Below are positions 36,301 to 45,855 of a stretch of DNA of 64,000 bases, piece after piece. Below the pieces are notes generated by a model, which saw nothing but the letters and a program-made list of their open reading frames with translations, did no database searches and was not told the DNA's origin. Position numbers and translations under genes: made by a program. Each line of letters opens with the position of its first letter. The first letter of the stretch is position 1. Source of the stretch: Lama glama (Eukaryota); the NCBI GenBank assembly GCA_028534125.1, contig CM052817.1:40612001-40676000 (forward strand). The letters are read 5' to 3'.

Positions 36301-38267
36301 TGGTCAGCCTTCCACAGAGCAGTCATCCCAAACCTTTAATCCTTTCCTCCGACTGCATACTGCTCCATCGCCTTCCACTTTCTTACTTCCCTGCATGCTT
36401 CATAAAGAGAGGCCACTGGGCTTACAAACTCCTTTAAGACAGGGACTGTTTTAATCTTTGTACAGTGGACGATGCCATAGTAGGTTCTCAATAAACATTT
36501 CATAATTATGAAGGGAGACAGAAAATTGAAGGATAAGATTGCTCAAGAAAAGTATAGAGAGTCAGAATAGCAGAGCGCCAAAAAGCAGAACACTGTTTTA
36601 GAACAGAATACAGAGGTGGGCCACCGAATGAGAGGAATGGTATTCTGAAAACCAAGAGAAGAAAATTACAAGAATGTCTTATGCTCCAGAGAAGTTTAAC
36701 AAGATCTACAAGGTGTTCATTGAACTCACAGTCCTTCTTGGGCAATCTTATCTACTTCAACTATCTTTAACTGTTCACCCTGACCCTATTGGATATTTTT
36801 ATGACTTAAATCTTTTGGGAATAAGATGGAGGAATAAATACACAAATAGATTGGCTATTTCCAACCCGCAAGAGAATTCAACCTGTCCCAGGTTGTACTC
36901 TCCTCCTCTGCATTCCCTCTGACACCTTTCCCCACAATTCTGCCCCTCCATCTGTCGTTTCTATTGTTTGATGCACCTAAGAAAAAAATCGACAAATCTT
37001 CACATTATACACCTTAAACTTACACAATGTTCTGTCAATTTTATCTCAATAAAGCTGGGGAAAAATATTTTAAAAGTTGAGAATCATCCTAGTCATGGCC
37101 CTGTCCCTTCTCCCGCATATTCAGACAGTCATTAACTCTATGAGGATTAGTTTTACAAAGTATGTTTAGGATCTGCCCCCTTCTTTTCTTCTGCAGGTTA
37201 TTGCCCTAGCTCAGGCCCTTAGATCTTCTGGGTAGCCAGTAAGAATACCATCCTGTTTCTCTTCCCTCCAATCCACCTTGCACATTGTAACCAGATCAAA
37301 TTTTCCAGGAGATGAATCAGATCTTGCTATTCTTCTATTTATAAATCTTTAGGATAAAAAAACCAAACTGAATATAGGACTTTTTATTAACTATTCTTTG
37401 TCTACTTTTCTGACCTCTTCTTTAGCCCCTGTATACTGGGAACCTGTGCTCTATCTAGCTCCACTGAGGTTCTTGAGGTTCCGCAAACACACCACACTGA
37501 TCCCTCCGCATGGGGTCTCCACCCCCCTTTCCTGTGCCAGGCTAGGGCTAACGCTTGTAATGCTGCTGCACAGGAGCATCATTTCCTCTGTGGCTGGCAA
37601 GCAGTCACCCATCCCGAGTGCTACGGGAGTAATCTCGATCTACTTCCACCGAAATACTTTTACACTGTAGGACGACTGAACGTAGCCCCTGAGTATAAAG
37701 GGACAACGTGCTTATCAAAGGACAACTCCAGGCACCGTTTTCTCTTCATCGTTTCATCCCCCACACCTTTACCCTGGGATTTTGCGACTAACACATGCTC
37801 AATAAATGTGGGTTGAACTGCTGACCATTCTTCAGTTTCTCATTTTCTCTCGGGGGAGAGAATATTTTTAAGGGTCTCCGGAATCAAACGTGACTGCAAA
37901 TCACAGCCAAGTAGGTCGCGTGCAACACCAACCCTAGCCCCTGGGCGGCGCACTTGCGGCTCTGCCGTCTGGGAGCGCGAGGGGCTCCCGCCAGGGATTC
38001 ACCATCTCGCAGGCTAGGCCGCGCGGGGGCGTGGCCTCTCGAGGGAGAGGCCGTTCGCGGAGGCGGGGCCTCACCCCTCAACAACCGATTCCCGGCAGCT
38101 CCTTAGCGCGGCGTCCTGAGGGGCAGGTCGGTGGGTACCACCCTCGAAAAGTGGAACCCGTGATGGCCGAGGTGGCGACCCAGGGGTACCTGATAAGAGC
38201 CGCCGGTTAGGGCCAGCTCGGCTAGGACCGCTCGGCCATTTGCAATGCAGCTGTAGGTGATCGTCAT
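14089..38267 (-). CDS. VAMP9: Complete six-exon longin R-SNARE gene (VAMP7/VAMP8-like, probable VAMP9), 214 aa. join(38267..38190, 35043..34973, 33386..33290, 31666..31565, 26532..26374, 14226..14089)
   Basis: All five introns are GT-AG with compatible phases (0,2,0,0,0); 78+71+97+102+159+138=645 nt with no internal stop. Protein: [214 protein letters not shown]. Colinear with VAMP7 by manual alignment. The symbol rests on recalled synteny with HNRNPD. Confidence 0.9.
15939..16121. mobile_element. MER20 hAT-Charlie DNA transposon
   Basis: cagtggttcctaactggggg...ggcatctagtgaatagaagccagggatgctgttaaacatcctaca...ggttgagaaaccctg. Degenerate 8-bp TSD acctggat/acctagaa. Confidence 0.85.
16700..18480 (-). 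mobile_element. Old L1ME-like LINE-1, interrupted by a younger insertion at 17526-17929
   Basis: Typical degenerate L1M antisense sequence (gaaaatgtcttaattctacc..., ggaaataattttccttcagg); it resumes across the insertion. Confidence 0.55.
17526..17929 (-). mobile_element. 5'-truncated L1 3' end with a (CA)n tract and an apparent 3'-transduced segment
   Basis: Flanked by the direct repeat TGTATTATCTT (17515-17525, 17930-17940). L1 3'-UTR signature ttgaagtatagctgatttacaatgttg at ~17790-17820. Confidence 0.7.
18580..20590 (+). mobile_element. MaLR (MLT1-type) LTR plus internal sequence, split by an L1 insertion
   Basis: MLT-like motifs (gactaattcttaccaatagattgtgagtagaagtga; aaccaagaaacaaacctctattgagttaaaacactga), followed by purine-rich internal-type sequence. 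Confidence 0.55.
19465..20337 (+). mobile_element. LINE-1 3' end (L1MB-like: ORF2 C-terminus, 3' UTR and A tail)
   Basis: aaaaatgggcaaaggacttgaatag...gagaaattggaaccctcat...cctcaattgaaaaaaaaaa. 13-bp TSD aagattct(a/g)ccct at 19452-19464 and 20338-20350. Confidence 0.9.
20630..20910 (+). mobile_element. L1MA-type 3' UTR fragment
   Basis: gtggttgccagagggg...tgttgtacacttgaaactaatataatattgtatg. Confidence 0.8.
20930..23200 (+). mobile_element. Degenerate LINE-1 ORF2 remnants with nested SINE and L1 insertions
   Basis: A-rich L1 ORF2-like blocks (aaaaggcatctgataaaatgcaac; ggatacaaaatcaatatgcaaaa; aaaatgggcaaagg); many stops and frameshifts. Confidence 0.75.
22013..22131 (+). mobile_element. tRNA-derived SINE, camelid type
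   Basis: gggggagaatatagctcaagtggcagagtgcatgcttagcatgcatgag...gggttcaaacccc: Pol III A and B boxes, then a (TAAA)n / cctaattacctcccc tail. Confidence 0.85.
23325..23415 (+). mobile_element. tRNA-derived SINE, camelid type
   Basis: tacagctcacgtggtagagcgcatgcttagcatgcacaaggccctgggttcaat; flanked by the imperfect direct repeats aaacaagaaggagg / aaacaaaaaaaggagg. Confidence 0.85.
24950..25320 (+). mobile_element. L1M 3' UTR fragment
   Basis: gtggaatactatttagcaatgaaaatgaat...aaacattatgttaagtaaaagaagtcaaacacaaaag. Confidence 0.75.
25755..25860 (+). mobile_element. Very short L1 3' end with a 21-bp target-site duplication
   Basis: aaaacataaccacaatgccat at both 25734-25754 and 25861-25881, around an L1 3'-terminal sequence (tcaaaattcatcaaattgtacatt). 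Confidence 0.7.
26374..26532 (-). CDS. VAMP9: VAMP9-like exon 5: linker and R-SNARE motif up to layer +4
   Basis: ttcacttctatatag|ATG...ACT|gtgagt; 159 nt. [53 protein letters not shown], with the synaptobrevin pattern QV..VK..L..NIDK.LE..ERL....DKT.NL. Confidence 0.95.
26770..27920 (-). mobile_element. LINE-1 (L1MC-like) 3' end, antisense
   Basis: agagcagttttaggttcacagtaaaattgag...tgtaccattttgcattcccacc...gatgttgagcatcttttcatatgctt. Accounts for the ORF-track entries at 26784-27919. Confidence 0.9.
28645..28750 (+). mobile_element. MLT1 LTR 5' fragment
   Basis: tacctgtgaatgtgaccttatttggaaataaggtttttgcagatataatcaagttaagat. Confidence 0.75.
29240..29775 (+). mobile_element. MLT1 (MaLR) solo LTR
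   Basis: gaaatgaactctgtaacaacctgaatgag...gcagattcttccccagagcttccagatgagaacacagcc...gaaaactgatgca. Confidence 0.85.
30065..30810 (+). mobile_element. L1MA-type LINE-1 3' end containing a (CA)n microsatellite (~30326-30360)
   Basis: cactgttggtgggaatataaactggtgca...cccagcaattccattcctggg...tggaataccactcagccataaaaaagaatgaaat. Confidence 0.9.
30812..31120 (-). mobile_element. L1MB-type 3' end, antisense
   Basis: accatccatctccagaacttttt...ccaaactgaaactctgtacccattaaaca. Confidence 0.8.
31565..31666 (-). CDS. VAMP9: VAMP9-like exon 4: longin domain C-terminal helix
   Basis: attttctcag|GTT...ATG|gtatgt; 102 nt. [34 protein letters not shown], aligning to VAMP7 ...YAMNSEFSSVLAAQL. Confidence 0.88.
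33290..33386 (-). CDS. VAMP9: VAMP9-like exon 3: longin domain core strands
   Basis: tattcttttcaaag|C...AAT|gtaagt; 97 nt. (S)[32 protein letters not shown] versus VAMP7 NYLFHYICQDRIVYLCITDDDFERSRAFNFLNE. Confidence 0.93.
33600..33760 (-). mobile_element. L2 LINE fragment
   Basis: aagtttgagatgcccattagatatcca...gcagttggatatacaagtctggagttcaggg. Confidence 0.7.
33790..34470 (+). mobile_element. L1MC/L1MD-type 3' UTR fragment
   Basis: gtcaccattttgcaacccc...gggttaaagagacttagaaaacatcaa...ttttacaatataaagg. Confidence 0.6.
34973..35043 (-). CDS. VAMP9: VAMP9-like exon 2: longin helix 1 and strand
   Basis: gctgacaatttatttttag|GAA...GGA AG|gtatgg; 71 nt. [23 protein letters not shown](S) versus VAMP7 EVTEQILAKIPSENNKLTYSHGN. 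Confidence 0.9.
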
Positions 38268-38400
38268 AGTAGGCGGGCCAGTGAAGGAAAGGCTCCCGCC
38301 AGACCTAACCGCCCGCAACAGCCTCGGGGCGGGTGACTGGGGCAGGGCTCCGGGAGAGGACGGTGTCTGCGCAGGCGTGAGGGGCGATTGATTGGCAGGC
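37870..38400 (-). promoter_or_regulatory. CpG-rich promoter and first-exon region of the VAMP9-like gene
   Basis: The most GC/CpG-dense block in the window. GC box ggggcggg at 38326-38333, NRF1-like tgcgcaggcgtg at 38368-38379, CCAAT on - at 38391-38395; no TATA seen. Confidence 0.75.
38190..38267 (-). CDS. VAMP9: VAMP9-like exon 1, coding part
   Basis: cctactATG (A at -3)...TAT CAG|gtaccc; 78 nt. [26 protein letters not shown] versus VAMP7 MAILFAVVARGTTILAKHAWCGGNFL. Confidence 0.92.
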
Positions 38401-40659
38401 AGGGAGGTGGGGCCATCTCTGGTCTGGGCTGAGTCTGTATCGAACCTATGCTGAACTCTGAGCGAGGTTTCTGGAAAAACTGGGTTTAGGTGAGTGAAGC
38501 CTTTCTACGTGGTCATCGTTAAAATCATTTAAGAGCAGTTTACTCCACAGTGCTTACCTACATATGATTCATTCACAGTCTAGGTCATGTAAAATATAGA
38601 CCTTGATTTAAAATAAAATTCATTTGTTAACTCAACGAGCATCTGTTGAACTCCGACTATGCGCTGAGAGACCAACAGGTAAGCCAGGAGGTAGGCAGCC
38701 CCGGACCTTGACTTGAGGAGGTCATATTCTAGTAGTGGTCACCGGGGCACATGCAGACAAACGCCACTCTCAAGTGATAAGTGCGCGCTGTGATGGAAAG
38801 CTGAACTAACCGTACAAATCCGAGTGTACGCAGCTACTTCTTGGGAGAGGGAGCAAAACTTTCAAAGTCACTGTCCGTTGTAGAGAATGGGTTGAACTCT
38901 CTTAAGTGGGGAGGAAAGATAGGACTGTCTAAGCAGAGGAAACAGCTCTGTGAAGGCTTGAAAGAAGGCCAGTGGGCTTAGGGGACGGAGTGTGGCAGAG
39001 GAAAGGTGTGTGGTAGAGTGGGTGGGTGATGGGAGTGGTAGATGACTTGTTATCCTAGACCTTGAGTTTCTTGGCAAGAATTTTTTAAAGTATAAGCTTC
39101 AGATAAGCTTATATGTTTTCATTAGCAAGGCGATGTGGTAGAATGGAAAGAAACCAGACACTTGATTCAAAATATAGGCATTGCCATTTACTCTGTGGCT
39201 TTATCCTAACTTAACGTTTCTGAGACTCTGTTTTTGCTAATCTATAAAATGGGGATATTAGTCAAATTTAAATTAAGTAATTATGCAAAATATTGTAGAT
39301 ATGCAATCTTTATTGTGATAAATACATTAATGAGGATTAGTTTCTTGCTCCCAATGGTATATATAACTTTGAAGGAAAAACAATTGATGTCCTCCTGGGG
39401 TCCCTGGCAGGAGGTGAAGACAGGTAGTCGATTGAATTTGTTTTAACCCAGTGCAGTTAAATTGGGTTTGACAAGCAAGGAGCAAAACAGATCTGGATTG
39501 TAGTCTTGAGAATGCCTTGTTGAATCATTTATCCTTTTGTATGAAGGAAGTCTTAATGTATCTTATCATCTTAGAGAAAATGTCTTGTGTTACTCGTGGG
39601 ATGACTGAATTACAAGCACTGGTCACATTACTTATATGTGGGAAAATGACATGTTAATTCTGAGGTAATGCATTCGTATATTCTTGGTTATAGTAAAAAT
39701 AAGCTCAGTAAACTTGGCCACATTGCTTTGCTCCTTGCGACTGGACAATGAAATCGTGAACTGTAGTAACGACAACAAGCATCTGGTAATTGGAGCGGTA
39801 TATTTAGGACCTTCCCCATCTTGGTCTCACCTTGTCACATTAAAACAATCCTGTGAAGCAGGTGTGGTGGGTTAGCTTTGCACAAGCCACAGACTCTGGC
39901 CTACAGCAACGAACAACGTAATTTATAACACAACTCTTTCTTGTGAGCCTCATTTTACTGATATCTGAGCTTTATCTAGTCAATACCAGGTTTCCTCAAT
40001 AAACTCAGAATTTCCCCTTTCCCTTCTTTCTACATAGGGTGCCATCTGTGTGTGTGAGGAACTTGGTGGAGGTGAGGTCTCCTGGTTCCTGACCATCTCT
40101 CTAAGGTGGCATTGCTGCTAATGTTTGTTTTCTGTCTGTCTCTGGTCAGTTCACATACTCCCCTTGGAACCTCAAGGTCCCTTCAGGCACTCTGATTCTC
40201 TCTCAGCCACTTTTTTTCCCCCTTGGGAGTGGGTCCTGATCATCTGCATTTTTTACAAACATTTCAAATGGGTCTGTGTTCACTCAGGTGTGGGGCTCAA
40301 TGGCCTGGTCCACAGCCCGGGTAAGTATCATTTGTATTAGATGTTCTCTAAGGCCACTGTCACCTCCAACGTCTCCGCAGCTCTAGTCAGACATACGGTG
40401 CGTGTGTGACTTGTGGGAGACGTGTTGCGATTCAGTATAAGGCAGTTTCAGGCTTCTCTCAGCCACTTTTGTGGCTTTCTTAGGGGTGAGGGAAACTTTC
40501 TGCTGCCCCCTAATGCCATTCTGAGGCTTTGGGGGGCTCAGGAGGCTGTCTCAGTGTTAGGTAGTTAGGTAAGTGGGGGCGCCAGGCAGATAGGTGGAGG
40601 AGAGGGAGGATGGTCCGGATGGCGGTATGCCTGCCTGAAGGGACTTTACTTCTAAATGA

Positions 40660-41069
40660 GTGTCAGCAAGAAACTGGTTAGAACCTGACAGCAGAAAGGA
40701 CTTAACCAAACATAACCCAATGTTCATTGTGTTATAATTAACGTTAGGGTTTCAGTGCGCCCTCTGTGGGTTTTTCTGTGTACACCATGGGTAAGGACAT
40801 GCGCAAAAGGGGCCAAACATGACTAAGCACTCTAGGGACAAGAGCCGTCAATCAATCAAAAGACCACCTCTAAGTGAGGGTATAAGAAAAAGGGGAGACA
40901 AAAGCCACCGCTTTTTCTCTCTTGGATTAGCCTACCTCCCGTTCTCGGAGGAGTACATTTCCTTTTCTAAGTAAATCTTTAAAAATGTTTCTCTACACAA
41001 TGCACCGTCTTCTGTCTATAAACATCTTTCGGTATGACAAGAACTAGGTCTTTACCTTTTGGGGTAACA
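40660..41069 (+). mobile_element. Probable ERV solo LTR; 5' boundary uncertain
   Basis: TATA-like ggtataagaaaa at ~40880, AGTAAA at ~40971, ends ...ggggtaaca as many LTRs do; no TSD identified. Confidence 0.4.
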
Positions 41070-43804
41070 TCAAGACTCTGGCCAACACACCATGCTACCA
41101 CCCCTCCCGTCATACTGTCACTCTCTTGTCATGTGAGGAGCAGCTCGTGGACCTTATCTCACCTTAGAAGCAAGCCCGTAGATCTCTGGTCAGCTGGGAG
41201 TCTTCCCATCACCACCCTCCATCACCCCCACCTCCCAGCCGGGGCTCTGTGGCTGATTGAATTGCTTCCTTCTCTGCCTCTCTACCCTCCTGCAGCCAGG
41301 GGAGACTCCAGGTGGGCAGCTGTCCACCCCTCAGGCATTCTTCCCAAACTGCGGCATTAAGGTTGACATCTGCTGTCCCACACCTTTTCTTTCTGAAGAC
41401 TTTCTTTTCCAGGAGTTAACAAAATCTGTTTTGAAACTTTAAGGGCTGAGAATCTTTTCCTGCTCTTCCTCCTCCTCCTCTTTGTTTTCTTTTTTTTTTT
41501 ATGCAAAAGTAATAGCTGAGAATAAAAACCACAACAGGTAATATAAAACAGAACAAGTATTTCCATCTTTCCTTTGATAGTTTGGCAAAATCTTGAGGAT
41601 GGGGCAGAAAGAGTGGTGAGAAGATGGACCCCTGGGAAGGAGAAATGGGACATTTCACTATTGTCCATTTCTTTTAAAACAAGCTTTTAGACCTCAAGAC
41701 TACTTTCATAGACCAGCAAATCTGTTGTTGTGTTTTAGAGATTAGCTACTCAGAAGGAAAATTCACTAATTTTGAATCATTGAATTTCTTACGTTACTAG
41801 AGAGTTTGCAAATACTACACAAGCTAGAGTCTTTCAAGCACTGATTAATTCAAGATGCTTCTTACTAAGTATTGAAATTCTTCTGTAAAGGACTATTCTT
41901 TTACTCATTGTTGTTCCTCAAAATGTAAATATTTCTATAGTTCTTTTCCATACAGCATGTGATCACTGTAGAAATTCAAACAATACAGCAGTAAAAGTCT
42001 CTTTATTTTTGCCATCCCGTAAAAATAACCACTGCAACAATCTAATTTATATTTGTCTTTTCTTTTTATACATTTATATTTAACATGAATGAATACGTTT
42101 TTCTGAACTTTTTTGCTTTTAAAATAGTAATACTTTTTTTTTCTTTGACTGTCATGTATTTCAAATACTTTCCTCTGAAGTTTGCCATTTTCTTTTTCTT
42201 TTTGGTGTCTGTTCTTCTGCAGACATTTTTGTTTCTTATTTAGTCAAACATATTAGTATTTTCTATGATGATGTTGGACCTTGGTGGCATGTTGGCCAAG
42301 GCTTCCTTTCCTGTCTCTATATAAAAATATTGCCTTATTTTTCTTCTATTATTTTTGCTTGTTTTAATGTTTAAGTCTTTAATCCACCTGGAATTTGTTT
42401 TTATGTCTCTTGAGAGGTAGGAATTTGTGTTTCCCCAAATATACAGCCAATTGTTTCATCCACTTATTGACTCCTTTCCCCACTAGTTTGAAATGCCACT
42501 TTTACCATAGACTAATCCCCCATATACATTGTTAATTGGATTTTAGAGTTGATTTATATGCCTGTTTCTGTGCTGATATCACAATGAGTCAATAACTGTA
42601 GTTCAAATTGCCTTAAATTTAACAAATTGGAGAGAATTAATATATTTGCCATATTGAGTCTTCTCAGCCAGGAACAGAAGTTGACTTTCTATTTATTGTA
42701 TATTGTATCTTCCTATAAAAGCTCTATAAGTTTCTTCATAAAGGCTTGACAAATTTTAAAATGTTTATTCTGGGGTATTTTAGGTGCTCCTGTTAATGGA
42801 ATTTGTTTTCCATTATGTTTTCAAACTGGCTGTTTCTGACACGGAGGAAATCTATTGGCTGTATTTAACTTATTTTGCATATAGCCCCTGCTCCATTGTA
42901 TTTTAAGCTCCTTAAGACTAGGGACCTTGCGTAGTACTTTGCTCAATGTGAACATGACATAGGATTCTATTGTTGACTGTCGTATTAGGCGATTCCATTT
43001 TACTCAGTGACCAAGTGGAGGGGGACCTGAGGTAGCAGTGCTGTTTGTGGAAGCTGGATAATGATTGAGGTAGTGGGGAGAGATTGAAGGGGCTATGGAG
43101 TCAAGCAGACCTGGACTTGAATGCCTACTTTGCCACTTTCTGGTTGTGTAATCTTGGTATCTCTGAACCTCAGTTTCTCCCTTAGGCTCATCTCTGAACT
43201 TTATAAAATGAGCTGACATACATAAAGCGTACTGTGACTGGCCCCCAGCAGGTGTTCCATAATGGATGACCGTAGTGATTGTTATGAGCCCATACTGTCA
43301 CATAACCAAACCTATCCAATAATATGCACATTTAAGAAGGCACAGCCTGCTCTATTTGAGTTGCTTCTCTTTAGGTTCAGCAAACATATTAGAATCATCA
43401 TTCAAGGCACATGTTACAGAAATTTTCTAAAATTCTTCCTCTTGAGAAACATGTTGTATGTTGGTCTCCCTCTCTAACTTGTAAGTTTCCTGAGAGTAGA
43501 GGGCAAGTATTACTAATTTTTTCTTTTTTTCAATCTCCAGAGCCTCACACAGTGGTGGATACAATTTAGGATGGCTGCATTTCATGTATGAAGTACAGTA
43601 ATTTATTTAACCATCCCCTTTTTACCCCTCTTCCCCAACACACATACTTTTTGTTGTTACTGGTACAAAAGAAGTTGAATTCTCCTCTGAGCTTGGAAGA
43701 GTAGCTAAGTTTAAGAGAGGCTATGTGGATGGCACAGATCTCTGCAGGCCACTCAGATGTAACTGTCACGCTGTAGTTGGTTTTAAATCTAATGGCTGCG
43801 TCAG

Positions 43805-43822
43805 GGCCAGCAGAGGGAGCAC
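43805..43822 (+). promoter_or_regulatory. Candidate CTCF site
   Basis: ggCCAGCAGAGGGAGCac, one mismatch to the core consensus CCASYAGRKGGCRS. Confidence 0.45.
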
Positions 43823-45855
43823 AGAGCACAGCTTTGAAGGAGAAAGCTGACTACAGCTGCGCTGGGGAAGAATTAAAAAGGCCACTCAGGGCTTTTGCAG
43901 AGGAAGGAAGTAAGAGCTAGGAAGAAGGCCATTCCTTGTTTTCATTCTCATCTGCTTTTGTAACTCATTCAGGCCCAGACAGGCTTGTTCTCCTCTTTTC
44001 TTTCGTCCCTTGCCCAGCAGCTTTTCACAACCCTTTTTGTTCCTCTAGTTAATTACACAGGAAGATCCACAAGTGCCATCGTGTTCTCCAGGCTGGTTTC
44101 TCTTTCAGCCACTCAGTTACTTAGCTCAGATGCTGGTGAGGGCCCCAGAAAAACACTGAGGAACCCAGGGGCCTCTACTCACCATTTTCACTGAATAAAG
44201 TTGTTTGGGGGGCACTTACAGGGTAGGAATGAGGGCTGAGGTTGGGTTCTTCTCTGCATGAGGAACTGAAAAGGCAAATGAGAGCAGACAGAAAGGGTTG
44301 TAGGGAGTGGGGTTTCTAGAGAGTAGGGGAAATGCCACTTCCTGCTTTATTGTCTTGCCTAAGAAGATCTTTGTCGGGTACTGAACCACATGTGACCTGC
44401 CCCAACCACATAGAAACTAACACAGGCCAGCGTTGCTCAACTTCTGTTCAGTACTAGAATATTGATAGATATTATGTGGGAATAAATCTGTGTTCAAATA
44501 AGGGTGTGGAAACTCTGGGTTGAAAAAACTGAACAGGTTTCTCTACTGTGGGAACTCTTAGATCCTTTAGTAAGCTAATTAGCATGTTTGTGAATCTCCT
44601 GTAGAAGGGGATGTGATACGTGTGATTTCCCAAACTTACGGGGACTGAACCTTCTTCACAGATGGCATCTGTGGGATGAGTATTCTATGAATTACCTTTT
44701 GGAAAGTGCAGAAATAGTTTTGTCTACTGTTCAGGAAATTAGGCTATTACTCCATGAAATACTTTAAAAACTAGCCACGAAACACTTTAAAAAGAGCAAT
44801 ATTTTCTTCAGAAGTCTCCTGTGGCTTCCCACTGCTGGAGGTGTGGAGGGATGAGTGGAGCGGTGAAGGAAGGAATATCAGAATTTCAAGTGGGTTTTTA
44901 AAAATCTCTCATATCCTACACTTGCTCTCCCCCCTCAGAGATTCTGACATCATCCTCACTACTTCATCCCCCGCATTTGAGGATCTCTTGAATTGTGTGC
45001 CATTGCTGGTACTGGGAATAAGTGCATCTCTCAAGTTTATTGGAAGAGGGGAAATGATTGTGAACCATTGTCCTACAGTCGAGTCCAAATTCTCTGCCTC
45101 TTACTTAAAGTCTTCTGTTGTCTTCTTGAGCTCCAATATCTCCCTAAATTTAACCTTCTTTTCCTTTCCACATTACTTACCCCTATAGTCAGTTAGTCTG
45201 CTCACTGATCTGAGATGATATTATGCTGATTCTGGGCTGGAAGCTCTTGGACATATAATCTTTCCCTACATTCTTCTAATTCCTCTTCCATCCTTCAAAA
45301 TCCAGCTTAAGTGTTACTTCCTTCAGAGGGCTCCAGTTACCCACCAGCCTACAACATTTAGGTGTTACAATATTGGTTTCAGCCATTAATTTCAGACAGC
45401 TACTTCTTTGTTAACAAATCTGTTGGGTTTAAAAGTTTATGAAGTGATTGTTTAGAGTGTAGAGCACATTTCTCTGCAGAAATATTGTAACTCAGTCAAG
45501 GCGTATCTGAAATAGAAATAGTAGAAAACAATCTCTAGTAATTAAACAAAATGGTATCTCTAGTGATTAAACAAAACAGAGAATCAATAAGATTGAATTG
45601 GCTTACTCTCATTTATCTTGGTGATGGTGTTTAAGGAAGAACAGATTTAATTAAAGGAGGATGAAGAGGTGTTAGAAATTAGTGGCTGTTCTGAATGGGC
45701 CTTATGGGGCAATTTCACAGAAGGTGTAGGCTCTTTGTTATGTCTTCTTTACTTCACAACTTCTGACTCCTCATCCCCATGATGCTTGTGTCTGGCTACT
45801 AGTACTTTTGTATTTAGCCATGGTTTGGATTATTTTTGGCTTAAAAAAGGTTATT

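Noticed and set aside
14089..38267. Interpretation as a processed VAMP7 or VAMP8 pseudogene
   Set aside because: It has five spliceosomal introns, its own promoter, an open frame and only distant similarity to VAMP7.
38103..38318. 71-aa ORF as a stand-alone protein or an N-terminal extension of the SNARE
   Set aside because: Starts at TTG. Similarity to VAMP7 begins at the ATG at 38267 and ends at the donor at 38190/38189.
41034..45196. ORFs of 100-115 aa at 41034-41360, 41357-41668 and 44841-45188
   Set aside because: No recognisable domain, no consistent splice chain, low-complexity composition; expected by chance.
45531..45577. Two copies of atctctagt(a/g)attaaacaaaa
   Set aside because: Simple 25-bp-period micro-duplication; only two units and no spacer structure, so not an array.
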